A stretch of DNA of 64,000 bases, from positions 210,554,001 to 210,618,000 of the forward strand of contig NC_086097.1 of the NCBI RefSeq assembly GCF_963921235.1. Reading direction: 5' to 3'. This DNA comes from Mobula hypostoma. Lineage: Eukaryota. The translations under genes were made by a program, and so were the position numbers. Under the pieces are notes generated by a model, which did not search any database, had not been told where the DNA came from, and was given only the letters and a program-made list of their open reading frames with translations. Below are positions 49,931 through 62,947 of this stretch, piece after piece. Numbering within the stretch: position 1 is the first letter of the stretch; each line of letters opens with the position of its first letter.

Positions 49931-51559
49931 GACCAGCTGAGTTCTGCTTGCAACCTGTTTCTGGCTCCGGATCAGATCAGATTTTATTCAAAGTAATAAA
50001 AATGCACTGTACACAAAGGCAGAAGTAGTGCAAAAAATCTTTTACATTCATAGTTTTTGAATTCAGTGGCATAATTTTTTTAAATGTGCCCACCAATCCC
50101 CCACCCCCCATCCCAGGGTGATTCTTATTAAGGTCCCATGTCACAGGGAGAATCCCTGATCCCATTTTTAAATCAGATTGGAACACCTAGTCATTTTGGA
50201 CGCTGCACTAAGTACAAAGCCCTCTCATTAAGTGGTGAGCAGCTCAGAAATTTTTAATGTAGAAATAGTACAGTTTGATTTCATCTTTGGTGCCTAGGGT
50301 AATAGTTCTCTGATTGTGATTTATTCAATCATGACCATGAGGAATTTTAAGGGATTTTGCTCAATGATATGCAGAACTGCTCTTAATGGAATAGTTGATA
50401 CTTTTAAGGTGTTTTTATGACTCCTTGTGTGCAATGGATTTCGGCATGATAAAACCTTGCATCCACTTAGGTGTGCTGCACACAAGCTTTACCTTAGATG
50501 AGATTCAACCATTAAATTCCCCACAGAGGTTGCTAAATAGTCTTCAGAATGAGTCCATAAGGGTTAAAATTCCCGTTGAAAAATATTTTAAATCTATTGC
50601 TTTTACTACACAGGTGTCTTGTGTCTCTTTGTTTGGCAAAGAATCAGTTAGCACCTTTTTAGTCACTCAGCGTGTCATTTTAAATTCCAGGAATAATAAT
50701 TAAAATAATGACAAAGAACAGGGTGGATAGTATTGATATGTAAAACTGGGTAGGAGTTATTACTATACCAAGCCTGGAAAACGATGACAGTTTGCAATTT
50801 GAGATAGTAGCACTTGCCGTGACCTAGATGTAATGATACAGTTATTGTTAAAAGATAATGCAAAATAGCACCAATTTTACTGAAAATCCTGGAAATGGTT
50901 AGCAACTCACAGTTGGTGAAGAGTGCACACTTGTCTGCCTGAAACTTCGAGGTTTCCCATATGAGGAGATATCCATAAACAAATGCTGCTACAAGGTGCA
51001 GGAATATATGCTGAACTTTGCCCTGATGCTCAGTGCAGGCTTCATGGGGAAGAAGCATAGTCCAGGGTTCTGCTGCCAATGGACCTGGTAGCAACCTCTC
51101 AAACACTTCAAGATTGCAGAGTTTAAGGAAGAATCTTAAATGGTCCTGACATGTTGTAAGAGATTGTTCAAACTTAATGTTCAATACAGGTAGAGAACCA
51201 TGTACATAGAATGATTGTATCTATTATGGATAAAGTATATTTTATAAAAAGAAGTCAGTGAGGTGAGCAAATATGTTTTATGACAATGACATTTCAGAGC
51301 AATGTAGTAATAACCTGATTTTTCACCTTTTCTTTCTTCATTGATGCTGTTTGGCCTGTAGAGATTCTAAAGCTAACAATGGAGAAATGTAGAAAAGTTT
51401 TAAATCTGGTTAGTCACCATTGCTTATATTACTTGCTGCATCTTAGTTCACACCCTTCCTTGCACCTCCAGTCACAACATTTGTCCATAAATTTCCAGAA
51501 TAAAGGACAGAGCCTCTCATGAGAAGATATCTATTGGATTAAGAACAGGAGAGAATTCA

Positions 51560-52110
51560 ATTGCCATACGCTAGGTGGGAAACTTCATTTTTAAAAAATA
51601 AGGTAGCAATGAAATTGATGCATTGCTTTAGAAATGGCTGAGGGAGCTTTGAAGATTAAAGACAAGCTGGTGATAAGTTACAGCAGATATTCATAGTAAT
51701 AATTCAATACAAGTATATACTGTATTCTCTTAAGAAATAAAACCTCTCATGGAAAAACAATAATCCAAATTTAGTTGAAAACAGAAGTTAAAACTGAAGA
51801 GGCTTATAGTATTGCAGAAAATAGTAAGCTCAGGAAATGGAACGATTTTACAATTCAGCAAACGATATCAAAGAAATTGATAAAGTGACAGAAAATGGAT
51901 GACATTAAAACAAACCATAAATTAAAACAGCTGAATAGGTGAAATAGAAATATTATCAAAAGTAATAGAAACTCCTTTACTGGCAGAAACACAAAACGTA
52001 TATTGGGGAAGAGGAACTAGAGACACCTAAAAAATTTAGAAATGTATTTGAAATGTATTTTGCTTCTGAAATTTAATTTTATGAAGTAAAGAGAAATCTT
52101 GAAAGCTGAG
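51560..52110 (+). mobile_element. Very old CR1 ORF2 fragment
   Basis: ..VKTEEAYSIAENSK.. linker-like remnant, heavily decayed. Confidence 0.4.
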
Positions 52111-53207
52111 TGCCACACATCCAAAATGCTGAAGGAACTCAGCAGGCCAGGCAACATCTATGGAAATGAATAAACAGTGGACATTATGGGCTGAGACCCT
52201 TCAGCAGGACGGGAAAGAAAGAGGAGAAGTCAGTCAGAAGGTGGGGGAGGGGAGGAAAAAGTACGAGGAGGTAGGTGATAGATGAAATTGGGAGAGGGGG
52301 AGGGGGCGAAATAAAGAGCTAAGAAGTTGATTTGTGAAAGAAATAAAGAGGTGGAGAAGGGTGACTCTGATAGCAGAGGGCAGAGGACCATGGAAAAAAG
52401 GGAAGGAGGAGGAGCAACAGAGGGAAGTGATGGGCATTTAAGGAGATAAGTTGAGAGAGGGAAACAGGAATGGGGAGTAGTTTAGGGGGAATAATTACCA
52501 GAAGTTCAAGAAATTGATGTTGATGCCATCAGGTTGGAGGTTACCCATACAGAATATAAGGTGTTGCTCCTCCAACCTGAGAATGGCCTTGTGGTGGCAA
52601 TAGAGGAGGCCATGGACTGATATGTCAGAATCGGAATGGGAAGTGGAATTAAAATGGTGGTCACTAGGAGATTTCGCTTTACCGGTGAGAACGAAGGCGC
52701 TCGGTGAAGCAGGTTCCCAGTCTACATTGGGTCTCACTGGTAAACAGGAGGCCCCACTGGGAGCACTGGATACAGTTGATGACCCCAACAGACTCGCTGA
52801 TGAAGTGTCGCCTCACCTGGAAGGACTATTTGGGACCCTGAAAGGTAGTGAGTGAGTGGCAGGTGTAGCTCTTGTTCTGCTTGTAAGGATAAGTGCCAGG
52901 AGGGAGATGAGTGGGGCGGAATGAGTGGACAAGGGAGTCACGTAGGGAGCGATCCCTGTGGAAAGAGGAAAGTGGGGGGGAGGGAAAGCTGTGCTTGGTG
53001 GTGGGATCCCATTGGAGATGGTGGAAGTTACAGAGATTGATGTGCTATACGTGGAGACTGGTGGGGTAGTAAGTGAAGTCAAGAGATACCCTATCCCTCG
53101 TGTGGTGGCTGGAAGATGGGGTGAGGGCAGATGTGGGAAAAATGGAAGAGATGAGGGCTGTGTTGATGGTGGAGGAAGGGAAACCACTTTCTTTGAAGAA
53201 GAAGGAC

Positions 53208-53842
53208 ATCAGAATCAGAAAGAGGTTTATTATCACCGACATGTGACGTGAAATTTGTTAACTTAGCAGCAGCAGTTCAATACAATACATAATATAGAAG
53301 AAGAAATAAATAAATTACAGTATACGTATATTGAATAGATTAAAATCGTGCATAAAAACAGAAATACTGTATATTTTAATAAGTGAGGTAGTGTCCAAGG
53401 GTCCAATGTCCATTTAGGAATCGGATGGCAGAGGGGAAGAAGCTGTTCCTGAATCGCTGAGTGTGTGTCTTCAGGCTTCTGTACCTCCTACCTGATGGTA
53501 ACAGTGAGAAAAGGGCATGCCCTGGGTGCTGGAGGTCCTTAATAATGGACGCTGCCTTTCTGAGTCACTGCTTCCTGAAGATGTCCTGGGTACTTTGTAG
53601 GCTAGTACCCAAGATGGAGCTGACTAGATTTACAACCCTTTGCAGCTTCTTTTGGTCCTTTGCAGTAACCCCCCATACCAGACAGTGATGCAGCCTGTCA
53701 GAATGCTCTCCATGATATATCTATAGATGCTTTTGAGTGCATTTGTTGACATGCCAAATCTCTTCAAACTCCTAATGAAGTATAGCCGCTGTCTTGCCTT
53801 CTTTGTAACTATATCGATATGTTGGGACCAGGTTAGATCAGT
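53208..53842 (-). mobile_element. Rex1/Babar 3' end
   Basis: ITTDLTWSQHIDIVTKKARQRLYFIRSLKRFGMS...ESILTGCITVWYG, with a (TTCTGA)n tail. Confidence 0.88.
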
Positions 53843-53958
53843 AGTTATAGAATAAAAAGCCTCATCCTGAGAGAACATGTGGTGGAAATGGAGGAACTGA
53901 GAGAAGGAGATGGCAGTTTTACAAGTGATAGTGTAGGAAGTGGTACAGTCCAGGTAGA

Positions 53959-55575
53959 ATTAAATTGAATTGAATTGACTTTATTACTTACATCCTTCAT
54001 ATACGTTACATTAAATTATTATGTTACATCTCCGTCTAAATGTGCAGTGTGCAATTTATAGTAATTTATAATAAATATTGTAAATTATAATCAATATAAA
54101 ATAGAAATACAGTTGTGTCAGCATGAATTAACCAGTCTGATGGCCTAGTGGAAGAAGCTGTCCCAGAGCCTGTTTGTTCTGGCTTTTATGCTGCGGTACT
54201 GTTTCCTGGATGGTAGCAGCTGGAACAGTTTGTGGTTGGGGTGAGTCAGGTCCCCAATGATCCTTCAGGCCCTTTTTACACAAATGTCCTGAATAGTAGG
54301 AAGTTCATATCTACAGATGCGCTAGGCTATCCGCATCACTCTCTGCTGTGTTCTGCGATTGAGGGAAGTACAATTCCCATACAGGCAGTGATGCAGCCAG
54401 TCAGGATGGACTCATTTGTGCCCCTATAGAAAGTTCCTAGGATTTGAGAGCCCATACCAAACTCCTTCAACCATCTGAAGTGAAAGGGGCACTGTTGTGC
54501 CTTTTTCACCACACAACCGGTGTGTACAGGCTACGTATATCCTCGATGATGTTTATGCCAAGAAACTTGAAGCTGTTCACCCTCTCAACCCCAGATCCAT
54601 TGATATCAATAGGGACAGTCTTGTCTCCATTCCTCTTGTAGAACACAACCAGCTCCTTTGTTTTTGCGACATTGAGGGAGAGGTTGTTTTCTTGACACCA
54701 CTGCGTCAGGATGATGACTTCTTTTCTGTAGGCAGCCTTGTTATTATTTGAAGTTACGCCAATCAGTGTCATATTGCCAGCAATTTTAATTAGCCAATTG
54801 GATCTGTGGGTGGCAACACAGTCATGGGTATACAGAAAGTAAAGGAGGGGGTTTAGTACTGAGGGGCACCTGTGTTGAGGGTCAGAGGGGCAGAGGTGAG
54901 GGAGCCACTCTTACCACCTGCCAGCTCTGACAGTAAGTCCAAGATCCAGCTACATAAGGCAGGGTGAAGGCCGAGGTCTCTGAGCTTCTTGTCAAGCCTG
55001 GAGGGAATTATGGTGTTGAGTGCTGAACTGTAGTTCAAGAACAGCATTCTCATAGAAGCATCCCTCTTCTCCAGGTGTGTAAGGATGGTGTGTAGAGCTG
55101 TGGCTATTGTGTCATCTGTTGATTGGTTGTGTCAGTAGGCGAATTGCAGGGGGTCCTGTGTGGATTGTAGCATGCTGCAGATCTAGTCCTTGACCAGCCT
55201 TTCAAAGCATTTGTTTATTATTGAGGTGAGTGCGACAGGACACCAGTCGTTCAGACATGTTACCTTGATCTTTTTAGGTACATGAACAATGGTGGATGTT
55301 TTGAAGCAGGAGGGCACTCTACACTGGGAGAGGGAGTGATTAACAATGTCTGTAAACACACCTGCCAGTTGTGCCGTGCACACCCTGAGTACTCGCCCTG
55401 GGTTGCCGTCAGGTCCCGCAGACTTGCAACTGTCCACTCGTTGGAAACAGCTACGTATTTCGTCTCAGAGATGACCAAGCTGCAGGTCGCATCAGCTATA
55501 GGTCTCCTCAGGGGCTCAGTGTTGGCGACATTGAATTGAACGTAAAAAATATTTAGCTCGTCTGGAAGAGAGGTT
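53959..55575 (-). mobile_element. Rex1/Babar RT plus 3' end
   Basis: [29 protein letters not shown] and WCQENNLSLNVAKTKELVV motifs, with a (TTCAA)n tail. Confidence 0.88.
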
Positions 55576-57029
55576 ACCTGTGATAATCTGTGATCCTTTG
55601 CCCTCTTCTTTCAGATTCCCACTTCTCTAGCCCTTTATCTCCTTCACCAATCAACTTCTCAGCTCCTTACTTCACCCCCACCTTCCTCCTCTCCTGGTTT
55701 CATCTATCACCCAAGACTTTGTACTTCTTCCTCTCCTCCCCCCCACATTCTTACTCTGACTTCTCCTCTTTCTTTCCATTCCAGATGAAGGGTCTTGGCC
55801 CGAAACATCAACTCTTTGTTCATTTCCATAAATTCTCCCTGGCCTGCTAAGTGCCTCCTCTATTTTGTGTGTGTTGCTTTGGATTTCCAGCATCTGCAGA
55901 CTTTCTTGTGTTTGTCTCCCTCACTATCTATATGTAAGTGTTTAAGGATGTCTATCTACCCATTTTACGTGCCTTTATACTATAATGCAAGAAGTATTCT
56001 GGAATACACACCCTTCTTTGTAGATTATGAGAGGCACCAGTGGCGCAAATAGTCAAAATCTTTTTCCCATGGTAGGGATAACAAAAACCTAGAGAGCATA
56101 GTTTTCAGATGAGATGTAGGAGATTTGAAGAGGATCTGAGGCAAAGTTTTTTTTTTACACAGAGTGGTTGATATTTGGAAGGAACTCTCAGAGGATAGGG
56201 TTGAATTACAGCAGATACAGTCACCAGATGGACACATAAGTAGGCCAGGCACTTAAGCAGAAGGCTGGTGAGACTGCTGTAGAGGAGGATGTGAATTTGC
56301 TGATGCTGGGTGTGGGACTGTCCTGGCAGAAGGCTGTTGACTAGTGAGAGCAGTAATGGTTGTCACTTGATTCCAGCTGTCTCTGGTGAGTTGCTGAACC
56401 ATCACTGCATGTGCTGATGCCCTGTTGTTCCTGCTTGGATTCGGCTTCCCACTCTGACAGCAGATGTTGCACTGCATGAGCCACTTCTGCCAAACCAGTC
56501 TCCACCGACTTTAACTTCTCTCCTACCTGACTAACGAAATTCAGGGTCAGGGTCTGCTACTCACTCTCCACCAGGTCCATTTTGATGGTTGAGTCTTGCT
56601 GACACAGTTTTTGGTAATGGCCCAAGTGCAGAGGGAGAGGCATTGAAATAGAAGGCACATTTCACTGAGTTTTAATAAGAATTGTTCAGAACAAAAGGAA
56701 AATAATCATTGCTAGGCCAACACAGCCACTAATTAAAACTCTCAAACTAAAATCAAGTACCGTAACAGCAGTTCGGAAGCAACTTAAAACTAAATCAATA
56801 CAGCTCCTTTACAGTGTCAGCATAATTTATAATCTTCTTTCCTGGAATGAGGACAAAGCTAAGCTGGAAGCATTGTTGTCACTGTGCTTTGGTTAAGAGT
56901 CAACAAGACTGAAATAAAAAGGAGGGAATTAGATACAACAACCAAGAAACCCTAATTGCTGGATTGTGCCTTTTTAAAAGCAGCTGCCCACCTGCTGGAG
57001 TGGCCAGGCTCCACAGCAGAGTCTGTGGT

Positions 57030-57305
57030 TGTGACAAACCTTTTGGGAATTCTGCACAAGGACTCTCAAGTCTCTTTGCACTTCTGGTTTTTGAATTTTC
57101 AACCCATTTAGAAAATAGTCTATGCCTTTATTCTTACTACCAAAGTGAATGACTATGCACTTCCCTGCACTATATTCCATCTGCCACTTCTTTGTCCATA
57201 CTCCCAATCAGTCCAAGTCCTTCTGCAGACTTGCTGTTTTCTCAACACTATCTGCCCCCCACCTAAATTCATATCGTTTGCAAACTTAACCACAAAGCCA
57301 TTAAT
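57030..57305 (-). mobile_element. CR1 RT fragment
   Basis: GFVVKFAND and KKWQMEYSAGKC motifs. Confidence 0.75.
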
Positions 57306-58344
57306 CCGTGAAAAGAAGCAGACCCAGTGCCACCGAGATCTAGTCACGAGGACAGCAAACTATTTACTGTTTACCTGCGCTGTCCACTGCATGCACTTTG
57401 AATTATATTTTATTAACCTGTATGTGATTATATTTTGTTTTATGTGCTGTGCATGATATATGTTTTGTGGGTGCACTGTGGTCCAGAGGACTGTTGTTTC
57501 ATTTGTATATATGTACAGTCAGGTGTCTATAAATTGAACTTGTCAGGATTGAGAATTGTTACTTGATGACCACTAAAGGAATCAAGAGTTATGGAATTGG
57601 GTGGGGTAATAGATTTGAGGTATAGGATTAGCAATGATCTTAATAAGTGTCTTGAGAGGTCATGTTTCCCATTCTTTTTCGTATTTCACAACCTCTTCAA
57701 CAATTATATATACCTTGTTGAGACTAAAACTGAGGCACGAGATATGTCTACAGTTAGCATGATGATTAAATCCTGAACAGGAATGAATAGATCTGAACTA
57801 TAAACCCAGAAATATGAATTACAGCATGCCAACCGGGGAATTTCAATGCAAGTAAGTACAAAGTTGTACATACGTTTTAAATAAAATTGTGTTATCAGTG
57901 ATGGTATCTATGAACCAACTAGATCTTTGTAAGTATGCACCTAAGTGACTTAGGTCCTTCTGTGCAGTCTGCAGTCGTTAACTGGTCTGGCCTATGTGTC
58001 ACTCCAAACATGAGTGAGCTGATACCTTCAATGGTCCAGCAATCTACTCAGCTTAAATTATCCTGTGAATGAATAAATAGTGGAAACAGTTTGGTCTTCT
58101 TCAATAAAGGAGGATACACTAGCTTTAATGGGAGCACACACGGATGCACTCAATTGACAGAGGACTTTTCTAAAAGAAGAAACTGAACAGACCAAGCCTT
58201 ATCTTCTCTAAAGTTTAGAAGACTTTTAAGTAAAACATTTACTTTTCTGAAGGGTCTTGAACTGTTAGAGGGATGTTTCCTCTGATTGGTAATCTACAAT
58301 TTGTGGTCACAGTTTCCAAATATGAGGTCATTGAGTCATTCTGA

Positions 58345-58671
58345 TGTAAATAGGACCTTCAGCCCTTTAGATCTGCACCAACTATCAAGAACCCAAGTAG
58401 ACTAATCTCACATTTATTCTCTTCATTTTCCTATTAACCCCTCCCAAATTCTACTACTCGTCTATGCACTAGGGCAATTTCCAATGGCCAATTAACTTAA
58501 CAAACTGCATATTTTTGGGATGTGGAAAGAAATTGAAACACCCAGAGGAAAAACATTCGTCACAGGGAGGTTGCGTAAATGCCACACCAACAGCACCAGT
58601 GGTCAAGATTGAACGTGAATGTGAAGGGAGTGTGAGGCAGCAGCTTTTATCAACTGCTCCACTGAGTTGCC
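58345..58671 (-). mobile_element. HE1/V-SINE-type tRNA-derived SINE
   Basis: Minus strand has a GGCAACTCAGTGGAGCAG...GCTGCTGCCTCACA tRNA-like head, a V-domain-like core (CTCCCTGTGAC...TTTCCTCTGGGTG...CCACATCCCAAA...GTTAATTGGCC) and a CR1-like tail. Confidence 0.8.
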
Positions 58672-58692
58672 TAGTCTTCAAGGAGTTAGATG

Positions 58693-59224
58693 CAGATATC
58701 CCACCCTGCAAAAACTCACTTCAGGGAGGTAGCACCATCAATTTGCGGGAGACTCCTGGAACTTCCGGGAGAGGTGGGTTGTTTGCAATAGAGTAGCTCC
58801 TTAGCAGCTAGCCAGCTAGTTTAAATAACGTTAGCTATGCTAATGAACAAATGACACCTGTTAAACTCACCTCAACATATCTTTTACAGTCTTAACCCAC
58901 CGTGGACAATAGAAAAGTCACTGTTGCAAACAGTGCTGTGAGCAACGCTGTAATTATTTTTGATCCCTATTGGGCAGGGGTGCACTTTAGGGTAGTCTGG
59001 GGTGACGTACATTTTATATTTTCTTTTTTTGGAACACTCTGCCATGGTGCGCTCCCTCTCTCTCGCGCACGTGCGCGCTCGCTCTCTCTCGTGGTCGTTC
59101 TCACTCTCTCGCTCGCTCTCAAAAAAATTGATTTCCGGGACATTGTATATAATTTGTGGGCATCAGGGAGCCATTATTAATATGCGGGAGACTCCCGGAA
59201 CTTCCGGAAAAGGTGGGATGTCTG
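58693..59224. mobile_element. MITE/non-autonomous DNA transposon with 6-bp TSD
   Basis: TIRs CAGATATCCCACC / GGTGGGATGTCTG (12/13 match), TSD TAGATG at 58687-58692 and 59225-59230. Confidence 0.85.
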
Positions 59225-60197
59225 TAGATGAAAACACTATGATTATTGTAATCATCTCACCATGAGAGCTGTTGTTCAAATTACACAAGTTACAGATCAA
59301 TCATCTACTAGTTCAAAGAAAGTGGGATAGAGCAAAGTAAATCTGAGGTAAAAGTCTAGCCATGACCTTATTGAACACTGCAGCGGTGCCTGAGACCAGT
59401 GGCCTAGTAGCGCTGTAATGATTTATATTACAAACAATAAAACCCTTAACAGCTCATACTGCTGCTCTTGATTCAAATTTCTATCCAATTGATCATGATT
59501 TAGTGACAGTTAGAAAGTGAAATTCATCATCCTAATAATTTTACCTCACTTGTTATTTTATTTTTCCCCTATAAGTCAATGACACTGTTGCCTTCATTTA
59601 GGCAATCTCCTGAGGTTTGACTCCCAGCCACATCCCTCCGGCATCTTAGGATGCTATGTATGACCAAATGATGAAAGCAGCAGAAGTCCTATTCTTCTGA
59701 CAGCTCTGTTCATATTTCTACCACCACAAACGCATGAGTGTATAAACTTGGTTATCAAATCATAGATCTGTGTCTGCAGGACCTACAGGGAGATAAGTCT
59801 GTCACATCACTGCAGTTTGATTTGAGGCCAAGCTCTTATTCCACTGAATGTTCTCATGACGAGGCTGATTTGGTCACCTTCTCTCTGAGCTTGAAGAATT
59901 CCGTTTCTTTCTATTATGAATACAAATCCAAACGATTTTCTTCAAACTAATCAACTGCTGCATCCCTTTCCATCTTCATTACAATGAATTACCTCAGCAT
60001 TCTGTAATGATAGAGTCATAGAGTCACACCACATATAAACAGGTCCCCATGTCCATGCCATCAACACTAATCTCACTTACCTACATTAAGTCTGTATCCT
60101 TCATGCCTCGCCTCTTCAAGTGCCTGTCTAAATGTCTCTTAAGCATAAGAAATGTATCTTATTTCACCTCCTCCTCTGGCAGTCAGGGAAGAAAATA

Positions 60198-61490
60198 CTT
60201 TTTTAAAGGATACCTTCTGTCTTTTTTATATTTCAAATATAATGTCTATTCATAATAAAAATATATACAAAAGAAGAAACATTGGAAACTTTTTACATTC
60301 ATGGTCATTACATTCAATAGTGCTAACTTATTTTTTAAATTCATAGCACCATTATCACTCCTGTGGCTTTCCAGGTGATACACCATTCCATTGATTGAGC
60401 CCACCTGACTCAGCCTCTTTATGTATGGTTGCAGAAGGAGCCTAGACTGTGGTCCTTCCCCATACATTGACTGACCAAGCTTCATTGCATCCTTCAGCAC
60501 AAGTTCCTTCAAATCCACCCCTTAGCACAAGTTCCTGAATCCAGTCAGCAGCATTTCCTTATGGACATCTCACTGTGCTGGAAGACCAACAAGTTTCATG
60601 CAGTTCAAATGGCCTCTTTCACCAAATTGATGGCCTTCTAGCAGCACTTGCCTGTCTTGGTGTGTACCCCTAGGAACAACCATCAGAGAGCCTTCTGGAG
60701 ATGAACTGGGACCTTTACACCTTCTCCACAGTCTGAAAAGAGGCATGTGACTTCTCTTTTTCACTGCAGCCATAGGGCTTTGTGCATTGGGGATGATGTG
60801 TTATCTGAATGGAACGGATCTAACTGTAAGAGCCCTTCTCACTGCCAGCCAAACAAGGTCTTAGTCATAGTTGGTGAGTTCTGGCATTCTGCCAGATGAT
60901 TTAGACAGTCTCCAAAAAGTTCCTGCCCCACAGCATCTGCACGACATTCCATGCTGACCATTACTCGATGGGCTTGTGATTAATCGTTTTTGCTTGGAAG
61001 AAATCTTCCACAATACGACAACATCCAGATGACTGGAACTTTGCATGGCAATGGGCCAGACCTACCCTCTTCAACACCAAGAATAGGTAGAACCTCAATA
61101 TGTACTGACATTTGGTGCCCATGTACTTTGGATTAATGCACAAACAAGATTGAGTTGTGAGAGCTGACTCTCTGAGTACACAAATCGTCCAACTATTGAT
61201 AGTTCAGCTATTTGATATGCTTTGTGATAATATCAGTCTGGTCTACAAGCTTCCGGAGGAGGTTCACAATGGTTGAAATTACTTTAGACCATAGTTGCCT
61301 TGTTTGATGCAGGCCGATTAACATAACCCCATTGTTTTAATGTTTGGGTGATGCATATGCAGATGTCTCATGTTCACCATTTTACATATACCTTACCATC
61401 CAACCAATTGCTGTGGGCCAGCCTGTGCTCCACTGACTGTATTGTGCAAATTCATTTCATATCAAGAAACACATTCTTCTTAGATTAATT
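60198..61490 (-). mobile_element. Degraded L1/Tx1-clade LINE 3' part
   Basis: A-rich 3' end on the minus strand (T-rich at about 60198-60230), with ORF2 C-terminal remnants such as ..VPRGTHQD.. and LKELVLKDAMKLG. Confidence 0.55.
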
Positions 61491-61848
61491 CAAACACCTT
61501 CTAATACAGATTTAACAAACACAACAGACTTTGTCCTGACTTTGTATTCTTTTTCTCTCTCTCAAGTGAACTCATGTTTGGCACACCTCATCAACATTTT
61601 CTGAATTCCGAACATTCATGTTTTAGTTCCTCTTCTGAAAGGCTAAATATTCAGCAAAACATCTTAGAGCACACATTCACAATTACAGTACTTTTCAGAA
61701 TCTTACACTACAAGGGTTTGAATCAAAGACTGCTGGACATTATTGGTTGTGGACAAGCATTCAACCATCCCCACATCAACCAAAATTGCAACATCTTCTG
61801 AGCTTTCTCAAATTCACACCTCTGATCTATAGAATTCTGATTATATCA

Positions 61849-62655
61849 AAAGTTTCAAAGGTACATTTAATGTCAGAGAAATGTATTCAATATACGTTTG
61901 TACATCCTGAAATTCTTTTTCTTTGCAACCATCCACAAAAACAGAGGAGTGCCCCCAAAGAATGAATGATAGTTAAATGTTAGAACCCCACAGCCCCTTC
62001 CCAGCTCCCCCATCCCACGCATAAGCAGCAGCAAAGCAACAATGCCCCCTCCACCACCAGCAAGAAAAACATTGGCACCCACCACCGAGCACTCAAGCGT
62101 GCAGCAAAGCATCAGCAAAGACACAAACTTGCAGTACCCCAAAGACTACACATTCACCTGGTATTCGACATACCACAGGCTCTCCCTCTCCCTAATAAGG
62201 GAGAAAGAAGTGTCTTTGTTTCACTGTGAGAGGGGAGACATAACAAACAACTCGCTGATTTATGATGTTAAAAGTCCGTTGCGTCGCTTTTTCCGAGCTC
62301 TGTGCTCAAAGAACTCGGGTCTCTGGTTTTGATCTTCCATCTCCCACGACGCACCAGATTCCTGCAGAGACACTGATCTTTGGTCCGCCCATCTCCAGAG
62401 CCTCGAGATCCCAGAACTCCGAAGGCGAGCTAATCTCTTAGGCCACATCTTGGCATATCGAATAACGGCCAGTCGTGAAACTGTGAGAGAGGGTCCCATT
62501 CCCACAAAGAATCGAAGTCAGTGTGTAACTCCAGGTCAGGGTCTTCAAAAGAAGCCTGAAAGGTGAAAAATAGAGATATTAAAGGTGGAAATAGAGCTGC
62601 TTCTGAAGATGCAAGCAAAGGAGTGGCCGTTATGTGCTATTGTCTCTCCCTCTTT
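61849..62655 (-). mobile_element. About 800-bp non-autonomous retroposon (copy 2)
   Basis: Reverse-complement homolog of 42085-42877 (shared ..TTTTGAAGACCCTGACCTG.AGTTACA.. and the same tail). Confidence 0.75.
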
Positions 62656-62947
62656 GAGTGACCTGTTTATTTTACAGTCCTACTTTAGAACAATTCATCC
62701 TTCTAGAAACATCCTTTAGTCTTGATCTTCACATCCATTTACTCTGTGTCTGTGATATGTATGTCTGGGTTTATATGGTTCTTCTATTCTAAATGGGTCT
62801 GCTCTGACTGGTTCACAATCTTGTTTGTGTTCAGCCTGTACTCCTGAAGTCTTTTGACGTATTTCAGATACACCCTCCAGGCTCCAGAACCTGCTGATCA
62901 GGGCTGCTGCGGCCATGTTGTTGGTTCTGTGAATCTTACATGTTTCA

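Larger units (their letters stand above)
52113..55913 (-). mobile_element. PLE with inverted pLTR at its 5' side, interrupted twice by Rex1
   Basis: The minus body (52113-53207, 53843-53958, about 55578-55592) carries GIY-YIG and RT C-terminal remnants. A plus-strand pLTR follows at about 55593-55913 with a decayed hammerhead. Confidence 0.75.

Noticed and set aside
50675..51184. 169-aa minus-strand ORF in unique sequence
   Set aside because: Non-ATG start, no recognisable motifs and no clear splice signals; likely chance.
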